Virus record (IMG/VR): IMGVR_UViG_3300025407_001511
Length of the DNA: 15,349 nt
Direction: 5' to 3' (one strand)
Source of the DNA: a virus
In this document: one piece after another, positions 13,927 through 15,349 of the stretch
How positions within the stretch are numbered: position 1 is the stretch's first letter
Layout: each line of letters opens with the position of its first letter
Made by a program: the position numbers and the translations under genes
The notes under the pieces: generated by a model
Told to the model about the DNA's origin: nothing
What the model saw: the letters and a program-made list of their open reading frames with translations, nothing else
Databases searched by the model: none

Positions 13927-14479
13927 GGTGTAGCCCTTTGTAGATAGTAGAACGATTGCTATCCCCTATACCAAGAACTATATGTATTTACATTATTCTC
14001 TCTTTTTTTCTATCTACTTTAGTGCACCTAGTATTTCATACGTGGCCAAGGCCTCCGGCATTTTTAATTCTTACCAGTACGATCTCAACGCCTGCTCTAT
14101 CGAATACCCCATAGGGCTGCCCGCCATTTTTTAAAGGCGTTTCTATACGCTCCCATTGGGACCCCTATTGGCGAGCCTTACAGAGCCTTTTAGGCCCCTC
14201 TCAAGGCACTCCTCTAAAACCCTTTAGTTCTGGAAATGGCAAAACCTACCATCCTATTTCACGCCTTGGATTGCGTGTTAGTTACACGCTAGCAAAAGAT
14301 TATGAACTTCTTTGCGTCCTTGGGCACAATGTCCAAGTGAGGCTGAGAACTCATGGTCCTAGCAATCACCTGTATGTTGCTGAACTACAGCACCGTACAG
14401 CTGTGTGCGCAAACGTACTACTCAGTAGTGCGCGAACGTACGCAGCAACCCAACACCTATGCATTAGAAAGAGATTAAA
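13927..14479. other. Divergent non-coding junction of about 550 bp between the minus-strand and plus-strand gene blocks.
   Basis: No credible ORF. Positions 13960-14040 are about 25% GC with T-tracts. Positions 14040-14230 are about 52% GC and carry three imperfect CCC(A)T(A/T)(T/G)GG repeats (14107-14116, 14152-14160, 14163-14172). A 6-bp stem-loop GCGTGT-tagtt-ACACGC lies at 14273-14289. Confidence 0.5.
14404..14440 (+). promoter_or_regulatory. Two 14-bp direct repeats GTGCGC(A/G)AACGTAC (14404-14417 and 14427-14440) flanking the 13-bp palindrome ACTACT-C-AGTAGT; candidate operator or transcription-factor site 40-75 nt upstream of the first plus-strand gene.
   Basis: Read directly: ...gtgcgcaaacgtac tactcagta gtgcgcgaacgtac... 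The repeats match at 13 of 14 positions and each contains a GTAC palindrome. Confidence 0.35.
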
Positions 14480-14665
14480 ATGAAGCGTTTTCAGCTGATT
14501 TCCCTGCTCCTTGGTAGCTTTGCGTTCACGTTCGCAGTATCGTTCGTGAACACAATGATCTCGTGGTACACACCCATGGGGCAGGCACAGACCGTACTCA
14601 CGGTCTCGTTGTCGTTCACCTTCGTGGTGTTCGTGGCTGCAGTCCTGTACACAGCCAAGAAGTAG
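14480..14665 (+). CDS. Small membrane protein, 61 aa, with 2 predicted TM helices.
   Basis: ATG at 14480. Two hydrophobic stretches (LISLLLGSFAFTFAVSFV and VLTVSLSFTFVVFVAAVLY) and a KK C-terminus. Weak GAGA-type Shine-Dalgarno. It is the first gene on the plus strand after the junction. Confidence 0.4.
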   Translation: MKRFQLISLLLGSFAFTFAVSFVNTMISWYTPMGQAQTVLTVSLSFTFVVFVAAVLYTAKK

Positions 14666-14747
14666 TACGCAATGCCGAAATCATCACGTCGGGAGATGTT
14701 GTGGTCGTCGTAGGGTGATGCCTACGGCCTGATGATGGCAGTCAGCT

Positions 14748-14795
14748 AACTAAACCAGTCCTGAGGAGGACACTATGAAGGAAGTAACAACGATC
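14748..14795 (+). repeat. Copy 1 of a perfect 48-bp direct repeat spanning the Shine-Dalgarno, ATG and first 7 codons (AACTAAACCAGTCCTGAGGAGGACACTATGAAGGAAGTAACAACGATC).
   Basis: Identical to 15196-15243, 448 bp away. The flanks differ immediately outside the 48 bp. Confidence 0.85.
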
Positions 14796-15143
14796 GACGC
14801 TGCTAAGGCTTTGGTTGAGCACTACGCTGCTGCGGCTGAGCTCATGACTGCTGAGGCTAAGGCTGAGTACGAGGCTGCTTTGGCTGCGTACGAGGCTGTT
14901 GAGGCTAAGTACGAGGCTAAGCAGGACGCTGCTTGGGCTAAGCGTGACGCTGCTAAGGCTGAGTACTACGCTGCTCAGGCTGAGTTCAAGGCTGCCGAGG
15001 CTGAGTTCGACGATGCTTGGGCTGAGTACCACGCTGCTTTGGCTAAGTACGACGCTGCTTTGTCTAAGCCTGAGGTCAAGGCTGCTTGGGCTAAGTTCTA
15101 CGCTGCTATGGCTGAGCTCAACGCTGCTCAGGCTGAGCAGTAA
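14775..15143 (+). CDS. Acidic Ala/Glu/Lys/Tyr-rich heptad-repeat (coiled-coil) protein, 122 aa.
   Basis: A strong Shine-Dalgarno GAGGAGGA sits 7 nt upstream of the ATG. Aromatics (Y/F/W) recur every 7 residues (positions 32, 39, 46, 64, 71, 78, 85, 92) in an A-E-Y-x-A-A-x heptad. Net charge is about -13. The gene is about 58% GC with extreme GCT/GAG/AAG codon bias. The antisense ORF 14742..15032 is an artefact. Confidence 0.65.
   Translation: MKEVTTIDAAKALVEHYAAAAELMTAEAKAEYEAALAAYEAVEAKYEAKQDAAWAKRDAAKAEYYAAQAEFKAAEAEFDDAWAEYHAALAKYDAALSKPEVKAAWAKFYAAMAELNAAQAEQ
14850..15130 (+). repeat. About nine tandem copies of a 21-bp unit (consensus GCTGCTnnGGCTGAGTACGAG-like), in frame within the Ala-rich gene.
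   Basis: Copies read directly: ggctgagtacgaggctgc, ggctaagtacgaggctaagc, ggctgagtactacgctgc, ggctgagttcaaggctgc, ggctgagttcgacgatgc, ggctgagtaccacgctgc, ggctaagtacgacgctgc, ggctaagttctacgctgc, ggctgagctcaacgctgc. Confidence 0.7.
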
Positions 15144-15195
15144 CAGCTCGGTTCACAAGGGGTATGAGCTCCACCCCACCCAACGGGCTCAACCC

Positions 15196-15243
15196 AACTA
15201 AACCAGTCCTGAGGAGGACACTATGAAGGAAGTAACAACGATC
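15196..15243 (+). repeat. Copy 2 of the 48-bp translation-initiation cassette.
   Basis: Same 48 nt as 14748-14795, here heading the next gene. Confidence 0.85.
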
Positions 15244-15349
15244 AGCGGTTCCGTCTACCTCATCAATGAAGATGAGCAGATGTGGTGCCGGAAGTCAACT
15301 GCCCCTGTGCGCAAGTACGATAACGGGGAGTACGTCGACACCGCTCTGG
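15223..15349 (+). CDS. Hypothetical protein, 5' part only (MKEVTTISGSVYLINEDEQMWCRKSTAPVRKYDNGEYVDTAL...); continues beyond the window.
   Basis: The ATG at 15223 is preceded by the same GAGGAGGA ribosome-binding site. Its first 7 residues (MKEVTTI) are identical to the previous gene because of the 48-bp repeat. The open frame runs to the window edge. Confidence 0.55.
   Translation, partial: MKEVTTISGSVYLINEDEQMWCRKSTAPVRKYDNGEYVDTAL

Noticed and set aside
14271-14483. Plus-strand 70-aa ORF inside the divergent non-coding region.
   Set aside because: It begins at TTG and has no Shine-Dalgarno. Its stop merely overlaps the ATG at 14480. The region is better explained as a regulatory region with repeats and a stem-loop.
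14742-15032. Minus-strand 96-aa ORF made of Ser/Leu/Val repeats (MVLSPSIVELSLGSLELS...).
   Set aside because: It is the antisense reading of the 21-bp tandem-repeat Ala-rich gene. It has no ribosome-binding site, whereas the plus-strand frame has a consensus GAGGAGGA and heptad periodicity.
14748-15243. Considered whether the 48-bp repeats or the 21-bp tandem units could be a CRISPR array.
   Set aside because: There are only two copies of the 48-bp unit, and it contains a ribosome-binding site and a start codon. The 21-bp units are contiguous in-frame coding repeats with no spacers. No cas-like genes are present.
1-15349. Searched for additional tRNAs (GGTTCGA/TCGAACC boxes), rRNA fragments, and transposase or integrase genes.
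   Set aside because: Only the single tRNA-Asp cloverleaf was found. No other T-arm box sits in a foldable context, and no transposase or integrase motif was recognised in any frame.

Overview
This 15.3 kb window reads like a bacteriophage genome segment, probably from a large phage. Ribosome-binding sites are Shine-Dalgarno type (AAGGAG, GAGGAGGA, TAAGGAA), so the host is prokaryotic. Positions 1-13926 form one dense minus-strand block of about 24 genes. Almost every junction in that block is a TAATG or ATGA stop/start overlap, the signature of translational coupling. The block holds a tRNA-Asp(GTC) sitting between two genes, and several genes with recognisable motifs: a partial Zn-dependent alcohol dehydrogenase (GHEGCG signature), a possible GT9-like glycosyltransferase, a holin-like membrane protein, a permuted NlpC/P60 (YiiX/C92-like) peptidase, a metallophosphoesterase, a Dps/ferritin-like protein, a protein with a GNAT acetyltransferase N-terminal domain and a long low-complexity tail, a papain-like (clan CA) cysteine peptidase, an HNH endonuclease, and many small Cys-rich zinc-ribbon proteins. 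At about 13927-14479 there is a roughly 550 bp non-coding junction. It is AT-rich (about 25% GC) at its left end and then shifts to about 52-58% GC, and it carries short imperfect repeats. After it, genes switch to the plus strand. The plus-strand genes are a small 2-TM membrane protein, an acidic Ala-rich heptad coiled-coil protein built from nine tandem 21-bp repeats, and a third gene that shares an identical 48-bp ribosome-binding-site-to-codon-8 cassette with the second. The most system-like feature is at 10141-11155: three tandem coupled genes encode unrelated proteins that all begin with the motif M-(S)-N-W-S-K-R-Y-A-A-E. They sit between the HNH endonuclease and the papain-like peptidase. 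This resembles a shared leader or targeting peptide on diversified cargo proteins with an adjacent processing protease, analogous to the T4 capsid-targeting-sequence internal proteins. I found no CRISPR array, rRNA or recognisable transposase. All functional calls rest on motifs read from the translations by eye; no searches could be run.
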